Source: Leucoraja erinacea
Taxonomy: Eukaryota
Reading direction: 5' to 3'
Assembly: GCF_028641065.1 (NCBI RefSeq)
Contig: NC_073408.1
Coordinates: forward strand, 5,146,001-5,210,000
DNA length: 64,000 bases
Shown: positions 35,452-48,380 of the stretch, one piece after another
Layout: each line of letters starts with the position of its first letter
Numbering within the stretch: the stretch's first letter is position 1
Notes under the pieces: model-generated
Databases searched by the model: none
What the model was told of the DNA's origin: nothing
Seen by the model: only the letters and a program-made list of their open reading frames with translations
Made by a program: the position numbers and the translations under genes

Positions 35452-35712
35452 AATAGACAATAGGTGCAGGAGTAGGCCATTCGGCCCTTCGAGCCAGCAT
35501 CGCCATTCAATGTGATCATGGCTGATCATCCCCAATCAGTACCCCGTTCCTGCCTTCTCCCCATATCCCCTGACTCCGCTATCTTTAAGAGCCCTATCTG
35601 GCTCTCTCTCGAAAGTATTCCAGAGAACCGGCCTCCACCTCCCTCCATACAGAGAATTCCACAGACTCTCAACTCTCTGTGAGAAAAAGTGTTTCCTCGT
35701 CTCCGTTCTAAT
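35452..35712 (-). mobile_element. CR1-like LINE 3' end
   Basis: Reverse complement of the 21345-21619 type. Confidence 0.8.
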
Positions 35713-38700
35713 GTACTGAAAGGAAGGGCGTTAATCAGAAACAATCAACACATAATGGTGGTACTTTTGTGCGTTTAGTTCTCTTTGCTTATGAGATGGT
35801 TTAAAATGTCATCCTCTGGGTTATAAAATCCACTTAATTGCAATCTAAATGTCCGATTTTAAGCTAATGGGACTGAATGAAAGGTATTGAAATTTGCTGA
35901 TGGTACAAAACTTGGCAATTGAGGGAAAAAGTCAGAACAGGCTGCAAGGAATGTGGGTGGGTTGAGTGGGCTGGAAAGAGGTAGGCAGATGGAGTGAAAT
36001 GTCAAGTTATTCACTTTGAAAGGAAAAACAGAAAATCAAAATGCTGACACGCAAATGCTGACTGGTAAGTAGAAGAAACTGAGCCAAATTACAGAAAGTT
36101 AACAATAATCAAAATATACATACTGCAGATGTTGATATTTGAAATGAAAATAGAGCAGCTAAAAGTATTCAAGTCAGGCAGCATCTATTCAGAGAGTTGA
36201 CATTTAAGATCATGAGGTAGACACAAAATGCTGGAGTAACTCAGCGGGACAGGCAGCATCTCTGGAGAGAAGGAATGGGTGATGTTTCGGGGTGAGACCC
36301 TTCTTCATGATTTAAGATCATGATTTGTTTTCACTATTTTTGACATTCTGTCATTGCAAACAATCAGTTCATAAGTTCTAGGACCAAATTGGGCCATTCG
36401 GCCCATCAAGTCTACTCTGCCATTCAATCATGGCTGATCTGATCTATCTTTCCCTCTCAATCCCATTCTCCTGCCTTCTCCCCATAACTCTTCACACCTG
36501 CACTAATCAAGAATCTGTCAATCTCTGCCTTAAAAAGGTCTTGGCCTCCACCTCTTATTGCCGTCTGTGGCAATAAATTCTACAGATTCACCACCCTCCG
36601 CCTAAAAAAAATCCTCATCTCCTTTCAAATAGTATGAACCATCAGCTCTTGGCAGAGACCCGTGCCAATATTGCAATGTTCACATCTGAAGAAATTCCAA
36701 GGTCAACCCTTGTTCCACCATCTTCACATTCGTGTCCATTTAGTTGCCAGGAGCCGTCACTGCGGACAGTGGATCTATTGCACTGCCATCACACTTCCCA
36801 ACCCAATGGACATCTCTCCATTCATGTTCCCTCCCTCGATCTATGCTTGATATGTCACCAGCATGACATTGGTTCAAATGTTTCTATTCCTTGTGCACTA
36901 ACGCATTTGAACTTGCAGCAATCATAAATGATATGCTGGGCTTTATTGCAGCAAAATGTGTTCCAATTACCCAAAGTAACAAAGACATGGGTTTGATCCT
37001 GACATTTGACGCTGTCCATGTGCAGTTTGTACAATCTCACTGTAACTGCGTGGGTTTCCTCCGGGTGCTCCGGTTTCCTCCCACATTCCAAAGACATGCA
37101 GGTTTGAGGGTTAATTGCCTTCTGTAAATTGCTCTTGGTGTGTAAGGAGTGGATGTGAATGTAGGATAACATAGAGCGGGTGGTCAGCTCGGTGGGGCCA
37201 TACACCTTGTGTCCACGCTGTATCTTTCCACTCACCAAGGACCAACTCCACATTGCCACCAAACCTGATGGTGTGAACTGACCTTACCTTACAGAGGGTA
37301 AAAATCAGCTCTGAGCATGGAGAGTTTGCCCGTTCTACCTGTGCGAGCTCTGGTTTCCATCCACATTCCAAAGACATGTAGGTTAATCAGCCTCTGTAAA
37401 TTGTCTCAAGTGTGTCGGATAGAACTGGTGTACGGGTGATTGTTGATCAGCGTGGACTCAGTTGACCCTAGGGCCTGTTTCCGCGCTGTATCTCTGAAAT
37501 AAAACCTCACCAACTGACTCCTTCATTAAAATAATAATGCACCTGCCTCTTTTGCAATATCCCTCTCACACCTGAATGTTCTCCGTCTGTGGAATGCTGA
37601 GCTGCCTCCACTATAGGGTTAGGTTAATTAGCTACTATAAATTGCTATTAATTGGCACTAATTAACCTAATTAAACTGCCAGCATATTTTTAGGATGTGG
37701 GATTAAATTGGAGCACCTGTGAAATACCCATGCGATGACAAGGAGAAGATACAAGCTTGTTTTGTGTGTTTATAACTACATTGCTTAGTAGAGAAATCCA
37801 AAGGTTCACAGGTATGAGGAGGAGAGAGGACGGATGAGTGAGCAGTTCAGAAAAGAAAGAGTACAATTTGATTTGATAGATATTTTGCAAGGGAGTTCAT
37901 ATAAGTGCTATCAAATCCTGTTGCTTTTTCTTAGGGTAACCAATTTGTTCAGAAGGATATAGCTTATGGTGTTGTTTGATCCACACTCCATGCCAGTTGG
38001 TGGCGGTAATGCACCAAAAAAGTTGTTTGCCAACCGCCAAAAAACACTACATAGTAGAAGAAGACAAAGGTTCACAACATTATGTTGAGACTGTCGGGAC
38101 CATGCATGCACGTGAGGTTTTTTTCACACTAATGCCTTGTTTCTTCATCCTGTCTTTTTTTTCTTTTCAGAATTTATGTGTGATTTAACAATAATTTATC
38201 TTTTTGTGTGTTAGCTGAACGTATTTGCTGGTGATGATGCTGCTGCAAACAAGATTTTCATTGTACCTGTACATTGCTACACTTGTGCATTTGGGCAATA
38301 AACTCAATTCAACTTGACCTGACCAGACAGGAGTTGGAGTAGGCTATTCAGACCATGATAATGCCATTCAGGCCATGCAGAGCCAGCTCAGATCATGACA
38401 GATTTTGAGCTCAGCGCCATCACTGTACCCCTTGATTCCTTCACTGTTCAGAAATCTATTGCCGTCTCTTTCTTTGAATAAAAAGGACTGGTTACACAGC
38501 TGCCTGGTGTAGAGAATACAAGGTTTCACCAATGTGAACTGATTGGGAAAACATGTCTTGTTTCTGTCTTTATTCTGACAGAGATTTCTGCTTCCAGACA
38601 GCCCAGCTAAGGAAAACATCAAGTCTACATCCACACTTAGAATGTCCCTTTACAACTTTGTATGGATGAACATGGTCACATCTCATTTTCAGCAAATTAT

Positions 38701-41022
38701 GAAAGTCTGCCTATTCTTTTCTCCTACAATAAATCTAAGGGTGCCCGGAATCAATCTGGTGAAGCTTCACTGCACTAACCCCATCGCAAGTGTATCCGTT
38801 CTTAGAGAGGTAGACCACACCCTGTATTTATTATTCCAGGTGTGCTCTCAGCAAGACTTTGTGCAATTGGAGCACGTTCTCTTGCAGCATGCCCTTTATC
38901 CTTGCTAATGTGGGTAGTGGTGTTTAAGAGGTTTTAAGATAGGCAGAGAGATGTGCAGGGAATGGAGGGATCATATGGATCATGAGATCAGTTTAGCATG
39001 GCATTATGTTAGGCACAAACATTGTACGCCAATGGACCCGTTCCTGTACTGTTCTTGTCCACCCATATTGAAGGAATGGCCAAGAAATCACACCAACGCC
39101 TCAACTTCATTAGAAGGATTAGGAAGTTCGGCATGTTCCTAACAACTCTTACCAATTTCTACAGATATGCCGTGGCAATAATGACCTGCTGAGTTGCTGC
39201 AGCACTTTGTGTCTACCTTCTGTGACATCATAATGTTTCCCTATCTAAAGCATGATCACAGTCGTGATGTCCAGTGATTGTGATGCAATATTACCGCAGT
39301 ATTTGATTTAAAACTGATAACTGACGTGCTTATGCTATGCATTTATCCAGCTTGTACGATTCTGAATTGTAAATGACCAAGAGTCACTTAAGATCGCTGA
39401 ATGCATCATTTCTCCCAAAGTCTTGTTAATTTCACTGCCTCTGTTCTAGACACCACGAGGTGACACTCATCACAAGGTACGTACGAATGGGACCTTGGTG
39501 AAAGTAATCCTTTAGGAAGCATAAATAGAAGGTGAAATAAAACTTTCATAGCACTGAAAACTAATTTAAAAACTATCTCAAAACTTATCAATAAAAAGTT
39601 TTTTCCCCAAAAACAATGAGGAAGTTAATCAAAACTTTGTGATACATAATATATTAAAATGTACATGTTAATATTGAATAAAAAACATATTAATATATAA
39701 TTGACAATTAAAAAGTGAAATTCGAGATCTCTTGTTTTACTGCTGCTCATGAACTAATTAATTTTAACATTGTATTTCAGTGTAAAACATTTTACAATAC
39801 AGTAATACTTAGCCAAGTATGTTTTGCAACATACGAGGAATTTCATTTGCCAAGTCAGTCATACAAATAAAAAGCAACGGAACACACAAAATACATTTTA
39901 ACACAAACATCCACCACAATGTCTCCTCCACATTCCTCACTGTGATGGAAGGTGAAAAAAAGTTCAATCTCTTCCCTTCTTTGTTCTCCTGCGATCGGGG
40001 GCATAGAGCCTTGTGTTGACGGGACGACCTTGACTCCTGTAGCCGGCAGCGTTTGGGCCCTCTGCGTCAGGGTGATCAGCTCCTGCATCAGGGTGATGTC
40101 AGCTCCCTGCGCCGGGTGACCTGACCCCGGGTCGGGGTTGGTCGAACCTTCTGCGTCGTTGGAGCTCCAGACATCAACGGCCTCTCCCGAGACTGCGAGC
40201 TCTCGATGGTCAAGTTCTGTTGCTCATGGTGGGGATGTGATCATTAACTTTTGTGGGTGTAAGAGTTGCAGACCCAGGCACCCGACATGACTGAACTCAG
40301 GCACTTTCCAATGAGGCAGATACCCAATTCATTCACACCAGGCATTTACACAATAACAGCTTGTAAGCAGGACTCTGCAACTGAACTTCTTACTGCTCTT
40401 GTATGATGGCAAAGAGGTGGTGATCAAAGAGAAACTTCAGGTGCTATGAATCTAAAACAACTACCGTATTTTTGACTAGTTGTCCTTCATTTCTTGGTTC
40501 TTACGAGAATGGATGGGCCAGAGGGTTGGATGGAGTGGGTTGGGGTTGCTGTGGCAACGGGCAGATGGCCACAAAGCCAGTTCCATCAGGCCCATTGTGG
40601 TTTCACAGAGCAGCTTGCCACATCTCAATGTCCCTCCGAGTTAGTTCAAGAGGGCACTGAGGACTCTTGGTCTTGAATGAATCTGGAATATGGACTGAGG
40701 TCCCCACCTGAAAGATCTTTGTGAAGCTAGTGCTCTTTGGCAAAGTCTGGGCCTAGTGGCGAGCCTCATCTTTGTTCTTGGTGACCCCCCACACCGGGTA
40801 CCCCCATTGTCCTCGCCGGTCCACCCCACTCTTGGTCCCTCCTCGCTCTCGGCAACGAGGTTCTCCGAGGCCGATTCGGAGTCTGCGGTGGGTGGATCTC
40901 ATTTACTGTAGATACAATTGTTACAGGATGGTTTTAAGTTTACATATTTATATGTTTCTCACCAGGAAGCAAATAGAAGAAGGCAGAATCGTTGACATTC
41001 AGCAGCTAAAGATAAGATCAAA

Positions 41023-41071
41023 ATGAAATTAATTACTGGAGCCTTCATTATAGCATTTTGCTCCCTGTTCG
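41023..41071 (+). CDS. Ly6/uPAR-family gene, signal-peptide exon
   Basis: aaaATG, MKLITGAFIIAFCSLF plus G|GTAAGA. Phase 1 joins the next exon to give ...FCSLFAEA/LECY. Upstream acceptor caccAG at 40964-40965. Confidence 0.8.
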
Positions 41072-42414
41072 GTAAGATCACATTATGCTTGATCGCATTA
41101 TTTTTTATTGGTTGCATCAAATGAAAGAGCAGTTAAAATTTTATGTTGAAGTAATTTAATGAAAACTATCTAAGCGAGTGTCATGGAGCCTGTGCATCAA
41201 GCAAGCAGGCCCTTTGGTCCATTTAAAAAAAAGATTTTTTTTCAACCTTAATTTTCTCCTTGTAATATCATTGTTGAGGTGACCTGTTGTCTTGTCAAAC
41301 ACATTTCATTGTACCGTTGACCCTGCCTTAACCTACATATGACAAATAAAACTGAACTGTACTAAACATATCCTTGCCAATCCCGTTTGCCCGCATTTGG
41401 ACCAGTTCCCTCTAAAAATGCCTCCTTAACAATCCCTTCTCCTGACCAACCTCTTTCCACTTACAATCTCTGGCGATAGGTCTGTGGGTATTCTGCAAGA
41501 TAAAAACTTTGGGCGACATCAACATCTGCGATTGCTCAAAGTCAGGTATGATTGTCCTCTTGGTCAAAAAAGCCAGATGTGTCAGTCCAGGTGGACTTCC
41601 GTATGCGACATCTTTGGTGCACAGGCGGCCACCACATGGTCCTTGACAGGGGCAGACCTGGGTCTGCCAGCATGGGCTCCACCGTAGTTGGGAGCCTCTC
41701 CCTGCTGTTGCAGCTTTCTTCCACCTTCTCGGCCGTTGTGGTGCATCCATCCTCCATCCTCCATCCTCCACCCGTTCCACCGTTGTCGAGGTCTACTTCT
41801 CGGACCACGCTTTGTCGGGGACCTCCCTCTCGACCTGCCCGCCGTGTGTGACCCTCCCAGGATCTCGGGGACGTGCAAACTCTGGAGAACTTGGTGGCAT
41901 AAGCAAGTGCACAGGTAGCTCTCCTCAAATGTAACAGCTGCATTCCTCAGAAACCTCGCGTTGTATAGATCATGCTATAAACATGGCTGTGTCAATGAGG
42001 GAAAGGGGGTTAGGGGCTAGAGAGACTCAGACTCACGATAAACAAAGTTAATCACCTCTCATGGGACTTTCAGAAATTATGTTTTTTTTTTTCATTTCTA
42101 TTTATTATAGTTTTTATTATTATTTTTTGTTACAAAGGCCCCATGTTGCATTGATAAATAATGTATCATTGTACATGTGGCGATAGAAGGGATCACTTGT
42201 CAATTTCCATGATCTGAAACTTTGAAATGTTGAAGTTTTCTCAATGTTGTGGTTTGGTGGCATTAGACATTAGTGAGGTGACAATAGCAGTCAATACTTT
42301 CCCATTACTGTCCCCGTCTCTCTCAACGGCATCTAAAGTTAAGGGGGGAATTGTTTTGACATCCTATTTGGACATTGAACTTCACTTCCACCTGCTGTTT
42401 AAACCTCTGCAGCA

Positions 42415-42724
42415 GGGCGACACGATGGCTCAGCAGTAGAGTTGCTGCCTCACAGCACCAGTGACCCAGGTTCAATCCAGACTACGGGTGCTTTCTGTAC
42501 GGAGTTTGTACGCTCTCCCCGTGACCGCGTGGGTTTTCTCCGAGCGCTCCGGTTTCCTCCTCCATTCCAAAGACCAACAGGTTTGTCGGCTGATTGGCTT
42601 TTGTAGGATTGTCAGTTGTCCCTAGTGTGTGTAGGAAAGTGTTAGTGTACGTGGATCGCTGGTCGGTGCGGACTCGGTGGGCCGAAGGGCCTGTTTCTGA
42701 GCTGCATCTCTAAACTAAACTAAA
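42415..42724 (+). mobile_element. Full-length V-SINE/HE1-like SINE
   Basis: tRNA head, central domain, CR1-like tail GGGCCGAAGGGCCTGTTT and (TAAAC)n end. Confidence 0.85.
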
Positions 42725-43383
42725 AAGCACCTGGATAATGAGGCTGACAAACAGAACATACGTGGGAATCAAAGGGATCAAAATGACTTGGAGATGTTTT
42801 TCAAAAATACTGTAGTACATTAACGCAAAACTCCAAATTGAATTTGAAATGAAAATCATGGTTAATCAACAATGCAGAAATGTAATAGTATGTGAATCCT
42901 GGGAAGTGGCATCTGACAGATAATATATAACTAGGATTGCATTTTCAATTATTTCTTGGTTATATTTTCTCTAAATTAATGGGGTGATGCATGTGTCAGC
43001 AACGTGATCAATTAAGTTAGTTAGTTTAGTTTATTGTCATGTGTACCGAGGTACAGTGAAAAGCTTTTTTTACCTGCTATCCAGTCAGCAGAAAGACAAT
43101 ACATAGAAACATAGAAATTAGGTGCAGGAGTAGGCCATTCGGCCCTTCGAGCCTGCACCGCCATTCAATATGATCATGATTACAATCGAGCTATTAGAGT
43201 GTGTAGATAAATGAAAAGTACAGTCCCTCTTGCTTGTTGTGCTGACTTGACTCTTTTGATGCCAAATGCCCTTCATGAGGCGGAGGAGGTTAGTATAACT
43301 TGGCGTCATGTGCGGCGTGGACATTGTGGGCCGAATGGCCTGTTCCTGTGCTGTACTGTTCTATTGTTCTATTGACATTGCAG

Positions 43384-43512
43384 CTGAAGCGTTGGAATGC
43401 TACAACTGTACCAATGCAAGAATGGCAACGGTTTGTACCACTGATCGCCAGCAATGCCCCACAAACAAAACCATGTGCCTCACCGCGGTGAAGACGGTCG
43501 GCTTCAGTCAGA
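43384..43512 (+). CDS. Ly6/uPAR-family gene, first half of the LU domain
   Basis: ttgcAG acceptor and A|GTAAGT donor, phase 1-1. EALECYNCTNARMATVCTTDRQQCPTNKTMCLTAVKTVGFSQ contains an LxCxxC start and 5 Cys. Confidence 0.9.
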
Positions 43513-44654
43513 GTAAGTCGCTTTCCCTTTGAATAACATAAGCCTCTTGGGAAAATAGTTTACCATTCACTCGCTGCTTCAGATATTGTTTTGCTCCGAA
43601 TAAAAGGGCATACCTTTAGAAAGGAGATGAGGAGGAATTTCTTTAGTCAGAGGGTGGTGAATCTGTGGAATTCATTGCAACAGAAGGCTTGTCACTAGGT
43701 CTTGCTAAGGTGGAGATTGACAGATTCTTGATTATAAGTTCATAGGTTCTAGCAGTAGAATTAGATCATTTGGCCCATCAAGTCTACTCTGCCATTCAAT
43801 CATGGCTGATCTATCTTTCCCTCTCAACCCCATTAATAGAAAATAGACAATAGGTGCAGGAGGAGGCCATTCGGCCCTTTGAGCCAGCATCGCCATTCAA
43901 TGTGATCATGGCCGATCGTCCACAAATCAGTACCCCGTTCCTGCCTTCTCCCCATATCCCTTGACTCCGCTGTCTTCAAGAGCCCTATCTAGCTCTCTCT
44001 TGAAAGTATCCAGAGAACCTGCCTCCACCGCCCACTGAGGCAGAGAATTCCACAGACTCGCCAATCTCTCCATGGGGAAAAAGTGTTTCCTCCTCTCCGT
44101 TCTAAATGGCTTATCCCTTATTCTTAAAACGCAAGAGGAAGAACCATTCCTTCTATCCAGAGATGCTGCCTGTCCCCCTGAGTTATTCCAGCACTCTGTG
44201 TCTAATCTAAGGTAGACAAAAATGCTGGAGAAACTCAGTGGGCGAGGCAGCATCTACGGAGCGAAGGAATAGGTGACGTTTCGGGTCGAGACCCTTCTTC
44301 AGACTGATGTTGGAGGGGTGGGGGGGGACGGGAAAAATAAAGGAAGCCAGTGAGTGAGGATGATGCTAAACTGTCTTTGTAGAGAGGAGGAGAATTTCTT
44401 CAAAGTAGTCTTGAGGAGATTTGGCAGTGGAGTAGATGAAATGTTTAAGAAAGAACTGCAGATGCTGGAAAAATCGGTAGACACAAATGGCTTTGGTAAA
44501 ATTCCTTTCTCCCCCCCCCCCCAACATTAGTCTGAAGAAGGGTCTCAACCCAAAACTCGCCCATCCATAAACACAGTTTTCTTTATAACTCTTTGTAACT
44601 CTATACCGCTCCAGTGTATCAGTGTGTTGACATTGTATCTTTCTGCTTTTACAG

Positions 44655-44875
44655 TAGGACTTGGTTACGTCACAATAAGTAAGAAGTGTTCCTTTCAAAC
44701 GGAGTGCAATGCCGACGCCAGTAACATGGTGGTCGGAGGGAGGAAGGTTCTCTGCTGCTCCACGGACCTGTGCAACGCCGACAATGCCGCCTTCTGCCCG
44801 GGCCTCCGCTGGCCATTGCTGGCAGCCTCTACCACCCTCCCCTGGACTCTGCTGGGACTGACCAGCTCAACCTAA
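44655..44875 (+). CDS. Ly6/uPAR-family gene, terminal exon (LU C-half plus GPI-type tail)
   Basis: tacAG acceptor. ...KKCSFQTECNADASNMVVGGRKVLCCSTDLCN carries the CCxxxxCN signature, followed by the hydrophobic tail LRWPLLAASTTLPWTLLGLTSST*. Total 132 aa with 10 LU cysteines. Confidence 0.92.
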
Positions 44876-45124
44876 CCCGACCGCTTGTGCCAGCTGCACT
44901 TGCTCAGTCTGCAGGAGAAGCTTCCAATGGGGGAAAATATGGCCATTTCCCCTGCCCAGTGTTGTCGTTCTCCCCCCTCCCCCCCCCTGCTGCGGTTCAA
45001 TTAAGGTGAAAACTTCTGTCGTTGTCTACCGGGTTAGCCGTGTGAAAATCAACCATCAGAGTGTCACTGCATCTCCAGTCAAACTCATGGCTAGTTGAGC
45101 ATCTTGGCGCTGAGTGTAACTTTG

Positions 45125-45130
45125 AATAAA
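45125..45130 (+). terminator. Poly(A) signal of the Ly6/uPAR gene
   Basis: First AATAAA, 250 nt after the stop codon. Confidence 0.6.
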
Positions 45131-45532
45131 GATACATGTGATCTGATTTGAGTAATCTTCAGAATGAGGGGAAATCCTAAGGAGGCCAGGCCACAGGTTA
45201 TAGCGATACTGTCCACCGAGATGGTCTTATCCAGGCAGAGAAACACTGCCATTACCAGACAAATGAAGAAATCTTGTAAGTGTAAGGATCTGTAAATGAA
45301 AGGATCTGTAATTTTTGACTGAATGAAATAAAATAAACAGTACAGGGAACCACAACCCTGTGGAATTGTGTGGGTTAGCTGCCTAGTGTTGTTAATGAGT
45401 CATAGAGTGATACAGCGGGGAAACGGGCCCTTCGGCCCAACTTGCCCACACCGGTCAACATGCCCCATCTACAATAGTCCCATCTGCCTGCCCTTGGTCC
45501 ATATCCTGTCCTATCCATGCACCTGTCTAAAT

Positions 45533-45880
45533 GTTTCAGATTCAGATTCAGATTCAGATTCAATTTTAATTGTCATTGTCAGTGTACAGTACAGAGACAA
45601 CAAAATGCATTTAGCATCTCCCTGGAAGAGCGACATAGCAACGATTTGAATAAATAATAATAAGTGTCCGGGGGGGGGGGGGTGGTGATTGGCAGTCACC
45701 TAGGTACGTTGTTGAGTAGAGTGACAGCCGCCGGAAAGAAGCTGTTCCTCGACCTGCTGGTTCGGCAACGGAGAGACCTGTAGCGCCTACCGGATGGTAG
45801 GAGGGTAAACAGTCCATGGTTGGGGTGAGAGCAGTCCTTGGCGATGCTGAGCGCCCTCCGCAGACAGCGCTTGCTTTGGA
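45533..45880 (-). mobile_element. Rex1/Babar-like LINE 3' end with (ATTCAG)n tail, nested in a CR1 fragment
   Basis: On the minus strand it reads ...PSGRRYRSL...; the CR1 sequence resumes on both sides. Confidence 0.65.
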
Positions 45881-48122
45881 GCTTGCTTTCTTAAACGCCA
45901 CGATAGTACCTGCCTCAACTACCTCCTCCGGCAGCTCGTTCCATACACCCACCGCTTTCCCCCAATGCTTTGTGGCGTTTCTTTTTGGGTCTTCACCATG
46001 TTAGATGTGATGTGACTGTCAGCCAGCGGGTGGCAGCAACGCACCACAAAGTGAGGACACTGAACCATGTTCTCAACTGACATAACAAGGTAACAAAGCA
46101 CTGCAAACACTGAAGAAGGGTTTCGGCCCGAAACGTTGCCTATTTCCTTCGCTCCATCGATGCTGCTGCACCTGCTGAGTTTCTCCAGCATTTTTGTGTA
46201 CCTTCGGTTTTCCAGCATCTGCAGTTCCTTCTTTAACAAGGTAACAAAACCGTGCAAACACTGTGAGACAGAATGAATCACACCTGCAAACACTGCTCCT
46301 CCCATCAGGAGCCTCAGGTCTCGCACAAGCAGGCTAAGGAACAGCTTTTTCAATAACACCATTACACTGCTGAACTCACTGTCCTGACGCTAGCTATCTT
46401 TTATACTCTCCCATCTGTATACATTTATTTGCCTATGTACCAGTTTAATTCATCCACATATTGTTTAACCAGTATTTTTATTTCTACTATCTTGCACTCT
46501 GACCAGATGCTAAACTGCATTTTGTTGTACCTGTAATCGTATTTGTGCAATGGCAATAACGTTGCATCAAATCAAACAATACTGTGTGAGACAGAATGCT
46601 GGATAGCGTGTGAATTCCATCTCTCCATGGATGCTGCCTCACCCGCTGAGTTTCTCCAGCATTTTGTGTCTACCCTGCATACACTATGCAGTTTCGGGGC
46701 AGCGTCTGTGGGAAGATGGACAGCGCTGATTCCAGTCAGTGACCGTTCACTAGAACTGGAAACAAAAGAGAAATAAGCAAGAGACACGATGAACTGCAGC
46801 TGCTGGGCTCTTGAGCACAACACAACCTTTTTTTCCCCTGTAAGCAAATTGCAAAGTGTCTCGATTGTCCGAGCGTTTGTTGCAAAAATAGCACTTTAAT
46901 CTGGTGGATGTTGAGGGCTACAGGGCGGTCAGTAGTCATTGAAACGGGTCGCTTTAGTTTTCTGAAAGGTGCCTCCAGCCATCCGGTGCTATCATGCTAC
47001 CTCGGAAAAGCAGCCAACATAATCAAAGACTGGTCCCACCCCAGTCTTTTCTTCTTCTTGTTCCCATCTGGCAGAAGGTACAGGAGTACTTGAAAGCATG
47101 TACATAGAAACCAGAAATTAGGTACAGGGTAATTCGGCCCTTTTCACCTCCATTCAATGTTATCATGGCTGCATCCAACTGAACCTGCCTTCTCTCCATG
47201 ATCTTAGCCACAAGGGCCACATCTTCCCCATAGGTTAGGGTCAACTACCCTCTGTTTCCAGAGATTCCACTCTGTTTCAAGATCGAAAACTTTTAGGTTA
47301 CTGTTTGTCCATTGACGAACATTGGACTTTGTCTAAGGAACTGATGCACTACAATGCCGGAACTGTATTCTGCACTCTGTATCTTCCCCTTTGCTCTACC
47401 TGTTGTACTAGAGTTTGAACTGTTTGTGTCAATGTTTGTTATATCTGATCTGTTTGGATAACATGCAAAATAAAGCTCTACTCTGTGACAATAATAAACC
47501 TAAACCTAAACTTATCGAAATGGATGTGTATAAAGGATCTGCAGATGCTGGATTAAACTGTAGATAGACACAAAAAGCTGGAGTAACTCAGAGGGTCAGA
47601 CAGCATCTCTGAAGAAAAGGAATAGGTGACGTTTCGGTTCGAGATGTATGAAGAAGGGTCTCGACCTGAAACGTCACCTATTCCTTTTCTCCAGAGATGC
47701 TGTCCGAACCGTTGAGTTACCCCAACTTTTTGTGTCTACCTACCGAGATTGAGCCCGGATGCCTGATCAGCTGTGTTGAGCAGAAATGCTGTTACACAAT
47801 CGAAATTTGCAGAAATGCATCACTGAGGCCCCAAACTACTCATCGGAAAAGAATTCGTAGAATTCATAGACGCGTCCAATCTCTGTAATCCCAGTTGGAA
47901 TTTCAGGTAGGAAGCTGTGTGGACACAGCCCATAGATACTGTACCTGCAGTGTGATGGAATGTAACGCTGCCCAAGTCTACTGGCTTTTGCAACGAGTTC
48001 AAGAATTCAAGACGGTGAAATAGAAGAAATGCAACACAAAATGCGAGTCCACATTTGAAATGAAGGTGATGACTGATGAGGTCCTCAGTCTCGACGGAAC
48101 ACCGATGAGGAGGGAGAGTGGG

Positions 48123-48380
48123 GGTGGCACGGTAGCGCAGCTGGTAAGAGCGGCTGCCTCACAGCGCCAGAGACCCAGGTTCGATCCTGACCTCCGGTGC
48201 TGCCTGCGTGGAGTTTGCACGTTCTCCCTGTGACCGTGTGGCTTTCCTCCGGATGCTCCAGTTTCCTCCAACATCCCAAAGACGTCCGGGTTTGTAGGTT
48301 AATCGGCTGCTGTAAAATTAACCCTACTGTGTAGGGTGTAGATGAGAAAGTCGGATAACGTATAACTCGTGTGAACAGGC
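48123..48380 (+). mobile_element. V-SINE/HE1-like SINE, followed by a (CTAC/CTAT)n microsatellite to ~48480
   Basis: GGTGGCACGGTAGCGCAG...GGTTCGATCC head. Confidence 0.8.

Noticed and set aside
42415-42490. tRNA-like A/B boxes here and at many other sites
   Set aside because: Heads of SINEs continuing into the conserved SINE body; no cloverleaf.
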